Shown: positions 39,843 to 49,341 of the stretch, piece by piece
Numbering within the stretch: the stretch's first letter is position 1
How the letters are laid out: each line of letters starts with the position of its first letter
Assembly (NCBI GenBank): GCA_964591295.1
Contig: CAZQAG010000005.1
Coordinates: 8,400-72,399, forward strand
Direction of reading: 5' to 3'
Source: an uncultured Gaiellales bacterium
GTDB taxonomy: Bacteria > Actinomycetota > Thermoleophilia > Gaiellales > Gaiellaceae
DNA length: 64,000 nucleotides
Position numbers and translations under genes: made by a program
Notes under the pieces: generated by a model
The model's input: only the letters and a program-made list of their open reading frames with translations
What the model was told of the DNA's origin: nothing
Database searches by the model: none

Positions 39843-40987
39843 GGATCCTCTTTGTCTGCCCGAACATGGAGGCGGGCGGAGCCGAGCGCCAGTGGGCGTC
39901 GGTGATCGAGGGGCTCGCCGGTCGAGGCCACGACGTCCAGCTACTGACGCTCGACGGCACCGGCGCGTTCTTCGACCGCCTTAAGGGCGCAGGCATCTCG
40001 TGCAACTACCTCGCGTTTCGCCGTCGTCTCGACCTCCGCGCTCTGGGGCGCGCGTACCGTGCAGCCGCCCGCTTCCGGCCGGATGTCATGGTGACCCGCG
40101 GCGTGAGCGCGCAGGTCGTGGTGGCGCCGCTCGCCGCGGTGCTGCGCGTCCCCGTCGTCACGACCATGCATGGCGGGGCACACCTCCCGGTCGGTCGGCA
40201 TCGCCGGTGGCTGGTCCGGCTCACCGGCGCCCGCTCAACCGCGGCAGTGGCCGTGGCTGCGGATCAGCTGCCGAGCCTCGCGGCCGCCGGGTTCCGCGCT
40301 GACCGGCTGAACGTCATTCCGAACGGTGTCTCCGAGCGTGCGTTGCGGCCGTCGCGTCCCCGATCGGACGTCCGCGCAAAGCTCGGCCTGGATGACGGGA
40401 GGTTCTTCGCGCTCCTCGTGGCAAACCTCCGCGAGGAGAAGCGAGTCGACGTCTTCATCCGCGCGATCGCGGCCGCGGCCGCTGTCGAGCCGCGGATCGC
40501 CGGAGTGGTCGTAGGCGACGGCGCGCTCCGTAAGTCGCTCGCCGCACTCGCGGACGCAATCGGCGGACCTGTGCAAATGGTCGGCTACCGGGACGACGTG
40601 GCGGACCTCCTTTCGGCCGCTGACGTCGTTTGTCTCACGAGCGACGTGGAAGCGCTGCCGATGTGCGTGCTCGAGGCGATGGCGGCGGGGAGGGCGGTCG
40701 TCGCGACGAGGGTCGGCGACGTGACCGAGGCGGTCGTCGACGGCGAGACAGGAATCCTGGTCGAGCCCGGCGATGTCGCCGCGTTCGCCCTTGCGCTGGA
40801 GCAGCTCGCGGCCGATCCCACACGCGTGGCGGCGATGGGCTTCGCGGCGCGCGAGCGGCAGCAGCGTCTGTTCGCGCACGAGGCGATGCTGGACGCGTAC
40901 GAGACGCTGCTCGCGTCCCCCGGACGTGCGACGGCCGTCGGCGCGCGATGCGAATCGGCAGCCAACCTTGCGAGAGACGCGGAATGA
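39839..40987 (+). CDS. Glycosyltransferase, GT4 family
   Basis: MRILFVCPNMEAGGAERQ, LVANLREEKRVD and TSDVEALPMCVLEAMAAGRAVVATRVGDVTEAV are present. Confidence 0.8.
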   Translation: MRILFVCPNMEAGGAERQWASVIEGLAGRGHDVQLLTLDGTGAFFDRLKGAGISCNYLAFRRRLDLRALGRAYRAAARFRPDVMVTRGVSAQVVVAPLAAVLRVPVVTTMHGGAHLPVGRHRRWLVRLTGARSTAAVAVAADQLPSLAAAGFRADRLNVIPNGVSERALRPSRPRSDVRAKLGLDDGRFFALLVANLREEKRVDVFIRAIAAAAAVEPRIAGVVVGDGALRKSLAALADAIGGPVQMVGYRDDVADLLSAADVVCLTSDVEALPMCVLEAMAAGRAVVATRVGDVTEAVVDGETGILVEPGDVAAFALALEQLAADPTRVAAMGFAARERQQRLFAHEAMLDAYETLLASPGRATAVGARCESAANLARDAE

Positions 40988-41940
40988 GGATCCTGGTCTT
41001 TACCAACATGTTCCCGACGGAGAGCGAGCCGGCGAACGGATCCTTCGTCTGCGACCAGGTCGAGGACCTGCGCGCGCTGGGAGTGGACGTCGATGTCCTT
41101 TCTTTCGACGGTAGAGCGTCACGCATGGAATATGCGCGGGGCGCCCGGCGACTGAGGACTGCCCTTCGGGCCGGCGACTTCGACATCGTCCACGCGCATT
41201 ACGGACTCACCGGTGCCGTCGCGATGGCGCAAACGCGGATGCCGGTCGTCACGACCTTCCACGGCAGCGACACGGGGTACATCCCGTGGCAGAGACGCGT
41301 CTCGTGGGTCGTCGCGCGCGCTACCACGCCGATCTTCGTAAGTCGACTCGGCGCTGTCGGTTTGGGTCTGCCGAAGGCGATTGTTATTCCGGCAGGCGTC
41401 GACACGAACCAATTCGCACCCATGGACCCGGCTGAAGCACGGACGCGCCTCGGCTGGAACCGAGACCGGCGTTTCGTCCTGTTCCCCGGCGCGCGTCGCA
41501 ATCGCGCCAAGGGCGTCGACCTGTTCGACGCGGCCGTGCGTCTTGCCCAGTCCGAACTTCGCGACATCGAGCCAATCGCGCTCGAAGGCTTCTCACGCGA
41601 AGAAGTCGTGCTGGTGATGAACGCGATCGATGCGGTGATGATGACGTCCGAGTCCGAGGGATCCCCGGTGACGATCAAAGAAGCGCTCGCCTGCGGCAAG
41701 CCCGTGGTTTCCGTCGCAGTCGGCGACGTCCCCGAGATGATCGACGGCCTCCCGGGGTGCGCGAATTGCCCGCGCGACGCGGCGGCGCTCGCGACGGCGC
41801 TCGTCTCTGCCGTCGAGCACGCAGGCCGCGCCGAGCTTCGCGAGCGCGCCAAGGACTACGAGCGAGAGAAGATGGCGTTGCGCGTGCTCACTGTCTACGA
41901 GACGTGCTTTTCGACCAGGGGCCGGCGCGTACATGCTTAG
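40984..41940 (+). CDS. Glycosyltransferase, GT4 family (TuaC-like)
   Basis: MRILVFTNMFPTE...HAHYGLTG...FHGSD...TSESEGSPVTIKEALACGKPVVSVAVGDVPE. ATG at 40984. The upstream Arg-rich part of the tracked ORF overlaps the preceding GT out of frame. Confidence 0.75.
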   Translation: MRILVFTNMFPTESEPANGSFVCDQVEDLRALGVDVDVLSFDGRASRMEYARGARRLRTALRAGDFDIVHAHYGLTGAVAMAQTRMPVVTTFHGSDTGYIPWQRRVSWVVARATTPIFVSRLGAVGLGLPKAIVIPAGVDTNQFAPMDPAEARTRLGWNRDRRFVLFPGARRNRAKGVDLFDAAVRLAQSELRDIEPIALEGFSREEVVLVMNAIDAVMMTSESEGSPVTIKEALACGKPVVSVAVGDVPEMIDGLPGCANCPRDAAALATALVSAVEHAGRAELRERAKDYEREKMALRVLTVYETCFSTRGRRVHA

Positions 41941-43129
41941 CTCTGTTCGCCGTCGCGGTAGGCGACGGATTTGCGTCGTCGTTCATGGTCCCTACTCAAG
42001 TGACCCTCGCGTCGTCCGGCTCGTCCGCGTTGCGATTTCAGAGGGATATGAGGTCGACGTGATCGCGAGCCTACGGGAGGGCGAGCCACGGTGCGAGCGG
42101 CAGGACGGCCTGCGCATCTTCCGGATTCCGGTCGTGCACGAGTCCGGACGGCCCATACGCGGTGTCCTGTGGGAGTACTGCGCGTTCACGAGCTGGGCCT
42201 TCGTGCTCGCCTCTCGTCTGGCCTTCACTCGACGGTACGACATCGTCCATGTGAACAACCCGCCGGACTTCCTGCTCGTGACGGCGCTCGTGCCGAGGCT
42301 CTTGGGCGCGCGGATCATCTTCGACGTGCACGATCTTGCCCCGGATCTCTTCAAGATGCGCTTCGGCGACCGGGCGTATGCAGGCGCCGCCGATCGCGCG
42401 ATGCGCTTCGTCGAGCGCCTCGCTGCGGCATGCGCGGACGCGGTCGTCACCGTTCACGACCCTTATGCGCTGGAGCTCCGGACGCGGGGAGTGCCTGCCG
42501 AGAAGATCACCGTTGTGCTGAACAGCGTCGACGAGGCGTTTCTGCCAACGAAGCCGCGCGCGCCGGCCGAAGGACAGTTTCGGATCGTCTATCACGGCAC
42601 GATGAACGTCCACTACGGGATCGAGATGCTCGTCGATGCGGCCGCGGCAGTGCGAGAGCAGCTTCCGCATGTGTCGATCGAGCTGTACGGCGCGGGTGAC
42701 GCGCTCCCTGCGGTGCGTACCCGCGTCGCCGCCGCCGGCCTGGAGGACTTCGTGAATATTCATCCGCGCTTCCTCCCGCTCGGCGAAGTGCTGAGCCGAG
42801 TGCAGAATGCGTCGGTGGGAGTCGTCGCGAACCTCCCGATCGAGCGGAACGAGCTCGTCTTGCCGACGAAGCTCTTCGAGTACGTCGCGATGCGCGTCCC
42901 GGTCGTGTCGTGCGATCTGCCGACGATTCGACGCCATTTCAGCGGAGGCGAGGTGCGCTTCTTTGAGGCAGGGAATGTGCAGGCGCTGGTCGACGCGTTG
43001 CTCGACGTGGCGCGCGACCCGGTCGCTGCGGCCATGCGGGCGGATGCTGCGTACGAGCGCTACCGCGAGTACCGCTGGGGCGTCAGCGCTCGCCGCTACG
43101 CGGAGCTCCTACACAGGCTCGCGGCCTGA
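41933..43129 (+). CDS. Glycosyltransferase, GT4 family
   Basis: ICVVVHGPY...DIVHVNNPPDFL...YHGTMNVHYG...LPTKLFEYVAMRVPVV. Confidence 0.8.
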   Translation: MLSSVRRRGRRRICVVVHGPYSSDPRVVRLVRVAISEGYEVDVIASLREGEPRCERQDGLRIFRIPVVHESGRPIRGVLWEYCAFTSWAFVLASRLAFTRRYDIVHVNNPPDFLLVTALVPRLLGARIIFDVHDLAPDLFKMRFGDRAYAGAADRAMRFVERLAAACADAVVTVHDPYALELRTRGVPAEKITVVLNSVDEAFLPTKPRAPAEGQFRIVYHGTMNVHYGIEMLVDAAAAVREQLPHVSIELYGAGDALPAVRTRVAAAGLEDFVNIHPRFLPLGEVLSRVQNASVGVVANLPIERNELVLPTKLFEYVAMRVPVVSCDLPTIRRHFSGGEVRFFEAGNVQALVDALLDVARDPVAAAMRADAAYERYREYRWGVSARRYAELLHRLAA

Positions 43130-43130
43130 C

Positions 43131-44555
43131 GTGTTCGTCGCTCCGCACGCGATCGGGTTCCTCGATGACCTCCGAGTCCCGTACGCCGCGGACGCCGCCG
43201 CCGGCCATCTGAGCCCGCCCAGCCTCGTCACGATCGCGGCGGCCGAGGGGAGCCTCTCGTGGCCGTCGCCTCAGCGGTCGCCGTCTCTGCGGACACTCGG
43301 CGAGATCCGGATCTACGCCGGCGTGATGCCTGACGACGAGCTCCAGCCGCTCCTGCAGGGCCCCGGCCGCTGGCACCGGCGGGCGGAGCTTCTCGACGCT
43401 GCGGGCGAGTCCGCCGGCTCGATTTGGGGCGACTCCGCGGGGCGGATCGTCCTGCCGTTCGATCCGAACGAGGCGATCCGTTCGCTCCTTGCCGAGTCCT
43501 ACCAGGCTGTCGAGTCGGCGGCCACCGTGCGCGCCATGAGGCAACTCGCGCTGCGGTCGTACTATCTCGCGCGGCCGGTGCTGCCGCGGCGCCTTCAGAT
43601 CGCGATGCGGCGCCTGTTCAGCCGTCTCCGGCGGCGTACGACCTTTCCGCGGTGGCCGATCGAGCCGTCGCTGCACGACCTCTACGGCTACCTACTCGAG
43701 CTCCTCGCCGAGGCCGCCGGAGAGCGGGTCCCGTGGCTGCGGCCGTGGCCGCGCGGCCGCTCGTGGACGCTAGTCCTGACGCACGACGTCGAGACGGCGT
43801 TCGGCCGCGACAACGTGAACCTCATGCGGGATCTCGAGCGTCGTCTCGGGTTCCGTTCCTCGTGGAACTTCGTCCCGCGGCGGTACGAGGTGTCCCATGA
43901 ACTCGTGGAGGAGCTCTCGACCGACGGCTTCGAGGTCGGGGTCCATGGGTTGTACCACGACGGCCGCGACCTCGCTTCGCGGTCGCTGCTCGAGGAGCGC
44001 CTGCCCGAGATCTGCGCCTATCGCGACCTGTGGGGCGCCACGGGGTTCCGCTCCCCTGCCACGCATCGCGGCTGGGAGCTGATGCCGCTGCTCCCGTTCG
44101 ACTACGACTCGTCGTACCCGGACTCCGACCCGTTCGAGCCGCAGGGCGGAGGCTGCTGCAGCTGGCTGCCGTTCTTCAACGAGCACCTTGTTGAGCTACC
44201 GATCACGCTCGTGCAGGACCACACGCTGTTCGTGATCCTCGGCGAGGCGGACGAGCGCCTCTGGCTCGAGAAGGCGCGGTACCTTCGCGACCGCGGTGGG
44301 ATGGCGCTGCTCATCACGCATCCGGACTACATGACCGATCCGGCGCGGCTGTCCGCGTATGAGCGGTTTCTCTCCGCCTTCGGTGACGACGAGAAGCTGT
44401 GGCGGGCGCTGCCGCGGGAGATCAGCGACTGGTGGCGACGCCGCGCTGCCTCGGCGATCGTCCGCGATGGGAGCGGCTGGCGCGTCGATGGCCCGGCGGC
44501 GGACGCGGCCGACATCGCGTTCGCGGACCCGCTGCGCTCACGTCACGCCGCGTAG
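43131..44555 (+). CDS. Hypothetical protein with polysaccharide deacetylase (CE4)-like domain
   Basis: LVLTHDVETAFG, VGVHGLYHDG and ITHPDY resemble the CE4 TxDxE / HGxxH pattern. The N-terminal ~200 aa are unassigned. The GTG at 43131 lies just after the preceding stop. Confidence 0.6.
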   Translation: MFVAPHAIGFLDDLRVPYAADAAAGHLSPPSLVTIAAAEGSLSWPSPQRSPSLRTLGEIRIYAGVMPDDELQPLLQGPGRWHRRAELLDAAGESAGSIWGDSAGRIVLPFDPNEAIRSLLAESYQAVESAATVRAMRQLALRSYYLARPVLPRRLQIAMRRLFSRLRRRTTFPRWPIEPSLHDLYGYLLELLAEAAGERVPWLRPWPRGRSWTLVLTHDVETAFGRDNVNLMRDLERRLGFRSSWNFVPRRYEVSHELVEELSTDGFEVGVHGLYHDGRDLASRSLLEERLPEICAYRDLWGATGFRSPATHRGWELMPLLPFDYDSSYPDSDPFEPQGGGCCSWLPFFNEHLVELPITLVQDHTLFVILGEADERLWLEKARYLRDRGGMALLITHPDYMTDPARLSAYERFLSAFGDDEKLWRALPREISDWWRRRAASAIVRDGSGWRVDGPAADAADIAFADPLRSRHAA

Positions 44556-45574
44556 CGGTAGAGCGCGGCGCCGATCGCGCGGCAGACGACGGGTGGGCTG
44601 CGGCGGATGATGGCCGCGAGCAGCGCTCCGGCACGGCCGGTGCCGTGGCTCGCCGCGCGCGCCGTGCCGCCGATCGTCGAGTACTCGAGTGGCGTCTCGG
44701 CTGCGCCCCACGACGTCTTGAACTCGCGCAGCCCCCGGTTGTCGAGATCTGTGCGCCCCAAGTTGAAGATTGCGTAGCCGTCGCGGCAGCCGCGCTCGAT
44801 CGCGCGCCAGAAGAGCAGGTTGTTCGGGCGTAGCTCCCAGTGGCGGGCGTCGGACGCGCCGTACTTGTACGTCATCGTTCGGTTCCAGGCGAGGAACACC
44901 GCCCCGGCGATCGGCTGGCCCTCGTGGTAGGCGAGCAGGACGAAGCCGAACTTCTGCGCGAGCACGTCGCTCCACAGGCGCTCGAAGAAGCGCCGCGGCT
45001 GAGCCGGGACGCCCTGGCGTCGTCGGGTATCGAGGTGGAGCCGGTAATAGGCGTCGACGAAGTCAGCGGCCGTCGATGTCTCGACGACCTCGACGCCCTG
45101 GCGCTCGGCTTTCCGGATGTTCCGGAGCACCGACGAACGCGTGAAGCGCCGCGCGACGGCGGCGGGATCCGCGTCGAGCTCGAGCGTGTGCATAACGGCC
45201 GCCACCGCGACTCGTGCGCCCGGCCCTTCCACCGGCGCGCGAACTTCGACGACACGCGCGCCCCGTTCCGCGCGCAGGCGGTCGAGCTCCTGCACGAGTC
45301 GCGCCGACGCTTCGGTCGTTCCGAGGATCGGACAGTAGTCGGTGAACGGAAGCGCGACCCAGCGGGCGGGGCCGAACGGCTGTTTCACGACCACAATCGG
45401 GATCCCGGCGACGACTGCGCCGTCGGGACCAAGCTCCGCGACCGCAAACGACTCGAACCCGTAGGTCCCGGCGACGACCCTCGTCCACACGGGATGGTGG
45501 AAGATCTGCGCGTCCGGCGTAGCCGCGATGAACGCGAGCCAGCGCGGGTCGTCGAGCGCGAGCTCAGTCGCCAT
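44543..45574 (-). CDS. FemAB-family / GNAT-fold (aminoacyl- or acyl-) transferase
   Basis: DDPRWLAFIA...QIFHHPVW, YYRLHLDTRRRQGVPAQPRRFF, MTYKYGASD and LFWRAIERGCRDGYAIFNLGRTDLDNRGLREFKTSWG are present. Start taken at MATELAL (45574). The tracked ORF starts at 45637. Confidence 0.7.
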   Translation of the reverse strand: MATELALDDPRWLAFIAATPDAQIFHHPVWTRVVAGTYGFESFAVAELGPDGAVVAGIPIVVVKQPFGPARWVALPFTDYCPILGTTEASARLVQELDRLRAERGARVVEVRAPVEGPGARVAVAAVMHTLELDADPAAVARRFTRSSVLRNIRKAERQGVEVVETSTAADFVDAYYRLHLDTRRRQGVPAQPRRFFERLWSDVLAQKFGFVLLAYHEGQPIAGAVFLAWNRTMTYKYGASDARHWELRPNNLLFWRAIERGCRDGYAIFNLGRTDLDNRGLREFKTSWGAAETPLEYSTIGGTARAASHGTGRAGALLAAIIRRSPPVVCRAIGAALYRYAA

Positions 45575-46019
45575 CGGCGTCGACAGTTCGCAGGAATCGT
45601 GCAGGGCTTCCCACCACGATTGTCGACGGCGCGACATCGCGCGTGACGACGGAGCCGGCGCCGACGACGGCGCGCGACCCGATCGTCACGTTCGGCAGGA
45701 CGATCACACCTGCGCCGATCCACGCGTCGTCCTCGATCACAATGCGTCCGATAACCGGAGGGATCACCTCGCCGACTCGCGATTTATTCGCATGCGACGA
45801 CAGCACGAGCAGCACACGCTGTGCGATCGCGACTCGGTCGCCGATCACAAGGCTGCGCTCACGCCTGCCAAGCTCGTCGGTCACCATCAGCCCCTCGCCG
45901 ATGTACACCTCCGCGCCGACGTCGTAGCCGGCGGCGCGCAACGCGCCGACGCGCGCGACGTTCAGCGGCAGGGTTCGCGCAGCGAGGAGCGCGAGCTTGC
46001 GCCGGACGGCCGCGTTCAC
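45564..46019 (-). CDS. Left-handed beta-helix (hexapeptide) acyltransferase (WcaF/MAT-like)
   Basis: Hexapeptide repeats are visible (IGDRVAIAQRVLL..., IEDDAWIGAGVIVLPNVTIGSRAVVGAGSVVTRDVAPSTIVVGSPA). The GTG at 46019 overlaps the stop of the upstream methyltransferase (GTGA). The upstream 115 aa of the tracked ORF were rejected. Confidence 0.75.
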   Translation of the reverse strand: MNAAVRRKLALLAARTLPLNVARVGALRAAGYDVGAEVYIGEGLMVTDELGRRERSLVIGDRVAIAQRVLLVLSSHANKSRVGEVIPPVIGRIVIEDDAWIGAGVIVLPNVTIGSRAVVGAGSVVTRDVAPSTIVVGSPARFLRTVDADGD

Positions 46020-46852
46020 TCCGCTCGCTCCGCGGTGCGGAGGAGCGCCTGCACCCGATCCAGCTCCTCTGGTCGGACGAACAAGAAGTTGTGGATATAG
46101 GCCGGGTCCATCGCCTCCTGGAGCGTCTCGCCTTCGACGAATCGCAGCTGGTCGCGCTCGAGGTCGAAGTCGTCGAGCGGCATGAACGTCGTGCTGCGGA
46201 GCGCGAGCCCGGCGTAGCCGAGCACCGCCAGTCGCTTGAAGACGTCGCAGATGCTGGTGTCCTGGTGCCGCTGCTCGATTTCGATGAGGAGGTGCGGCAG
46301 CGACCGGCGGAGCGTCTCGGCAGCGCCGGCGAGAACGGCCGCCTCGTGACCCTCGACGTCGCACTTTACAAACGCGACGGGTCGTCCGGCCGGCAGTTCG
46401 TCGTCGAGGCGGCGCAGCGTGACCGGAACCTCGACAAAGGTGGCGCCACTCCAGGTCGACGGAGGCGACACCGACGCCATGCCGGTGATCTCTTGACTGT
46501 CGAGAACCGGCACGTGGAGCTTTGCCGTGCCGGCCTCGTTCGACAATCCGACGGGGTGAACAATGACATTGCGTCGACGGCGCGCGATCGCGGCGAGGTG
46601 CTCCCCGTGCGCGGGGTTCGGCTCGAACGCGTGCACCTCGCCGCGGTGCCCGACGAGACGGCTGAGTCGCGTCATGAAAAGGCCGCGGCTTGCGCCGATA
46701 TCGATCGCGACGTCGCCTTGCTGGACGAGCCGGTCGACGGAGAGGAGCGTCAGGTCGCCATTTCGCCGATACTTTCTCCAGGCGAGGTCTGCCTGGAGCG
46801 ACGGGCTGACGCGTCCGGCCAACCTGATCGCGACTCCGCCCGGGTCGGTCAC
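46016..46852 (-). CDS. FkbM-family methyltransferase
   Basis: DVAIDIGASRGLFMTRLSRLVG..GEVHAFEPNP, VGLSNEAGTAKLHVP and FVKCDVEGHE form the FkbM pattern. Confidence 0.8.
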   Translation of the reverse strand: MTDPGGVAIRLAGRVSPSLQADLAWRKYRRNGDLTLLSVDRLVQQGDVAIDIGASRGLFMTRLSRLVGHRGEVHAFEPNPAHGEHLAAIARRRRNVIVHPVGLSNEAGTAKLHVPVLDSQEITGMASVSPPSTWSGATFVEVPVTLRRLDDELPAGRPVAFVKCDVEGHEAAVLAGAAETLRRSLPHLLIEIEQRHQDTSICDVFKRLAVLGYAGLALRSTTFMPLDDFDLERDQLRFVEGETLQEAMDPAYIHNFLFVRPEELDRVQALLRTAERAE

Positions 46853-47073
46853 ACGTCCCCTCTCACCGGCGACGTTGTCGAGTGAGGCTCCACGTCATCA
46901 GCTGAAGCTATCGAATCGGCGCGGTGTGCTCGGCGCGGCTTCAGCGCGTGCGAGCGTCGCTTGTCCCACTCGACGACGGTGCTGCTCGGAAGTCGACTGC
47001 GACGTGGTCGAACGCGACGGGCAACTCGAAGTCGGATGTCGAGACGGGGACGCCGCCGGTCGCGGAGGTGTCC

Positions 47074-47199
47074 GGCTGGTGGCCCAGGACGATTGGCTCT
47101 TACCGGTACTCAGGGTCGCTGCAGACATCGGCGGGCGCCGCTAAGCACGAGCGCTACCTACGCGACCAGCTGCGGTTCGCGCGGGTCCGGTTGCGATGA
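47074..47199 (+). pseudogene. Relic of the N-terminal region of a methyltransferase paralogous to 47710..48714
   Basis: SYRYSGSLQTSAGAAKHERYLRDQLRFARV aligns with FYRYCGDLATPEGAERDHRYLRDMLRLARF of the downstream gene (17 of 30 identical by hand). The two share the nucleotide string TACCGGTACT. The relic ends in a stop with no methyltransferase body. Confidence 0.45.
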
Positions 47200-47598
47200 C
47201 GGATGTGCGCGCGAATAGGCCCTCGGGCTTTAAGCAAGGGCGGCTGAGCTGCGTGCTGCACGGCCCTGGCCTTGGTCGCCAGCAAGTGGTCTGCGGCCGC
47301 GAAGGTCGACGCGACGACGAAGTTATCGTGCGAGACCGACACCGGCGCTCCATTGGGGCTCCGGTAGAGGCCGATCTTGTCGGCGGTGTACATCGTCGAG
47401 CCGTCGGGCTCCCCAGCTCCACGCTGTGCTCGTTCGGCTTTTGAAGTCGTCGGAGAAGCGGATGCCGGGAGCTCGGTGACTAGCTGAAGCCGTCGGGACG
47501 AAAGTGAGCGCCACTATGAGCGAGGCGAGCGCACCGCAGACGCGGGTTGGGAAGGTCTGAACCACGCTCGCGCGCGCCGTGTCGCAGCCGTAAGACAA
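47154..47598 (-). pseudogene. Possible decayed secreted-protein gene
   Basis: A signal-peptide-like start (RVCGALASLIVALTFVPTASA) is followed by protein-like sequence that continues only by switching frames (…GIRFSDDFKS… / …DGSTMYTADKIGLYRSPNGAPVSVSHDNFVVASTFAAADHLLA…). No family was recognised. Confidence 0.25.
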
Positions 47599-47709
47599 GT
47601 GAAACTCCTTGGTCGGACTCGCGCGCGATGAGTCGCGCTATCTGGCTGATCGTCAGGGCGCGAGGATCGCCCAATCCCCTTTCTGGAGGGGTCACAGACA
47701 GCCCGCCCA

Positions 47710-48714
47710 TTGACTTCGGACGTAGCCGTTGGCACGTTTCCTCGCTTGAACATTTACGAACAAGTGCTCGCCGCACGTCTCCCCGAGTACGACGACTGGT
47801 TCTACCGGTACTGCGGCGACCTGGCGACACCCGAAGGAGCCGAGCGTGACCATCGGTACCTCCGAGACATGCTCCGGCTCGCGCGGTTCGACCCCGAGGG
47901 AAAGACCGTGATCGACGTCGGTTGCGGCTTCGGGTTCACACTCTTAACCCTCGCTGATTGGGGGGCTCGGTGCGCGCTCGGCATCGACAGCTATAAGCCG
48001 ATGATCGACACGGTGAAGGCCTACTTGCGCCTGATCGATCCTGCTGTGGCTGAACGAATTAGCGTCGAGGTTGGTGACGCTGCAGTTCTTCCCTACCCGG
48101 ATGAAACGGCTGATCTCGTGATTTCGAAAGAGGCGATCTCCCACTACCGCGACGTTCAGGGTTTTCTGCGTGAAGCGCACCGGGTCCTCTGTTTCGGCGG
48201 CAGGATGGTAATCGTCGACGGCAACAACGGCGCGAATCCACGAATCGTCCGTGAGACACGAAGGATTTGGCGCGCCTTCGAGCGCGGCGACGTTGGAGAA
48301 GTCGAGGGGCACGACCCCGGGATCCCTTACCGGCAGAGGCGGCTAGAGATCGTGCGTGCCCACGCGCCCGATCTTGACGCCGAGTGCGTTGCTGATCGAA
48401 CCTTTGGGATGACCAAGGCAGAGGTGGAACGGGCTTGCGACGCGGTCCGAAGCGGCGGCTTCGTCGAACGACCCTACGACGCAGCCGCTGTGCCGCTAGA
48501 TCCTGACACCGGCGCCGTGATCGAAAGACTCTTCGATCCGTTCCAGCTCGGAAGAGAGATCGCCGAGATGGGCTTCCGTGTCACCGTTCGCGGATACTGG
48601 GGCGGCGCCCAAGGCAAGAGGCATGTACGCGCCGCTAACCGCTTCCTCTCTCTCGGATCAAGACTGACGATGAGTACGGCACGTGCGTTCATGATCGCTG
48701 CCTGGAAACGCTAG
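47710..48714 (+). CDS. Class I SAM-dependent methyltransferase
   Basis: Motif I is VIDVGCGFGFTLLTLA. An acidic loop (LGIDS) and post-I/II motifs (GDAAVLPYPDETADLVISKEAISHY) follow. The start is uncertain, with in-frame TTG 47710, TTG 47746 and GTG 47764. Confidence 0.75.
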   Translation: MTSDVAVGTFPRLNIYEQVLAARLPEYDDWFYRYCGDLATPEGAERDHRYLRDMLRLARFDPEGKTVIDVGCGFGFTLLTLADWGARCALGIDSYKPMIDTVKAYLRLIDPAVAERISVEVGDAAVLPYPDETADLVISKEAISHYRDVQGFLREAHRVLCFGGRMVIVDGNNGANPRIVRETRRIWRAFERGDVGEVEGHDPGIPYRQRRLEIVRAHAPDLDAECVADRTFGMTKAEVERACDAVRSGGFVERPYDAAAVPLDPDTGAVIERLFDPFQLGREIAEMGFRVTVRGYWGGAQGKRHVRAANRFLSLGSRLTMSTARAFMIAAWKR

Positions 48715-48843
48715 GCGCGACAGTCGGCGCCTCGCCGAGGCTCGCCGAACACGGGTGAGGGCTTAGAGCGGTGGGAGTTCTTCGGTTTCTTGGTCGCGCC
48801 GTAACCACGATTTGCCCGCGCGACGACTTGACGAGCGCATCGC

Positions 48844-49341
48844 TCACCGCTTCGCGCGCGAGAGCGCGCGCGCAGGATTCCCTGCGACCATCTCACCTGC
48901 CGCTATGTCTCGCGTGACCACAGCTCCCGCGCCGACGAGCGCGCCTGGGCCGATTTCAATTCCTCCGACGATTGTGGCCCCAGAGCCGATGCTCGCGCCG
49001 TGGCGGACAACCACTGTGGAAAACTCCCAGTCGCCTTCCCCCTGGAGGTCCCTTGCATCGTTGGTGGCTCGCGGATACTTGTCGTTGATGAACATCACGC
49101 CGTGGCCGACGAAGACCTCGTCCTCGATCGTGACGCCGTCGCAGATGAAGGTGTGACTCTGGATCTTGCAGGCCGCGCCGATGACCGCGCCGCGCTGGAT
49201 CTCGACGAAGGTCCCGATACGCGTGTTGTCGCCGATGCGGCAGCCGTAGAGGTTGGTGAAGGGGTGGACGATCACGTTCTCGCCGAACTCGACGTCGTCG
49301 ATCAGGCGGTGCGAGGCGTCGTTGACGGGGCCGTCAGCCAT
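48844..49341 (-). CDS. Hexapeptide-repeat sugar N-acetyltransferase (WbpD/QdtC/WxcM-C-like)
   Basis: IDDVEFGENVIVHPFTNLYGCRIGDNTRIGTFVEIQRGAVIGAACKIQSHTFICDGVTIEDEVFVGHGVMFINDKYPRA. The start overlaps the stop of the upstream DegT gene. Confidence 0.85.
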   Translation of the reverse strand: MADGPVNDASHRLIDDVEFGENVIVHPFTNLYGCRIGDNTRIGTFVEIQRGAVIGAACKIQSHTFICDGVTIEDEVFVGHGVMFINDKYPRATNDARDLQGEGDWEFSTVVVRHGASIGSGATIVGGIEIGPGALVGAGAVVTRDIAAGEMVAGNPARALSRAKR

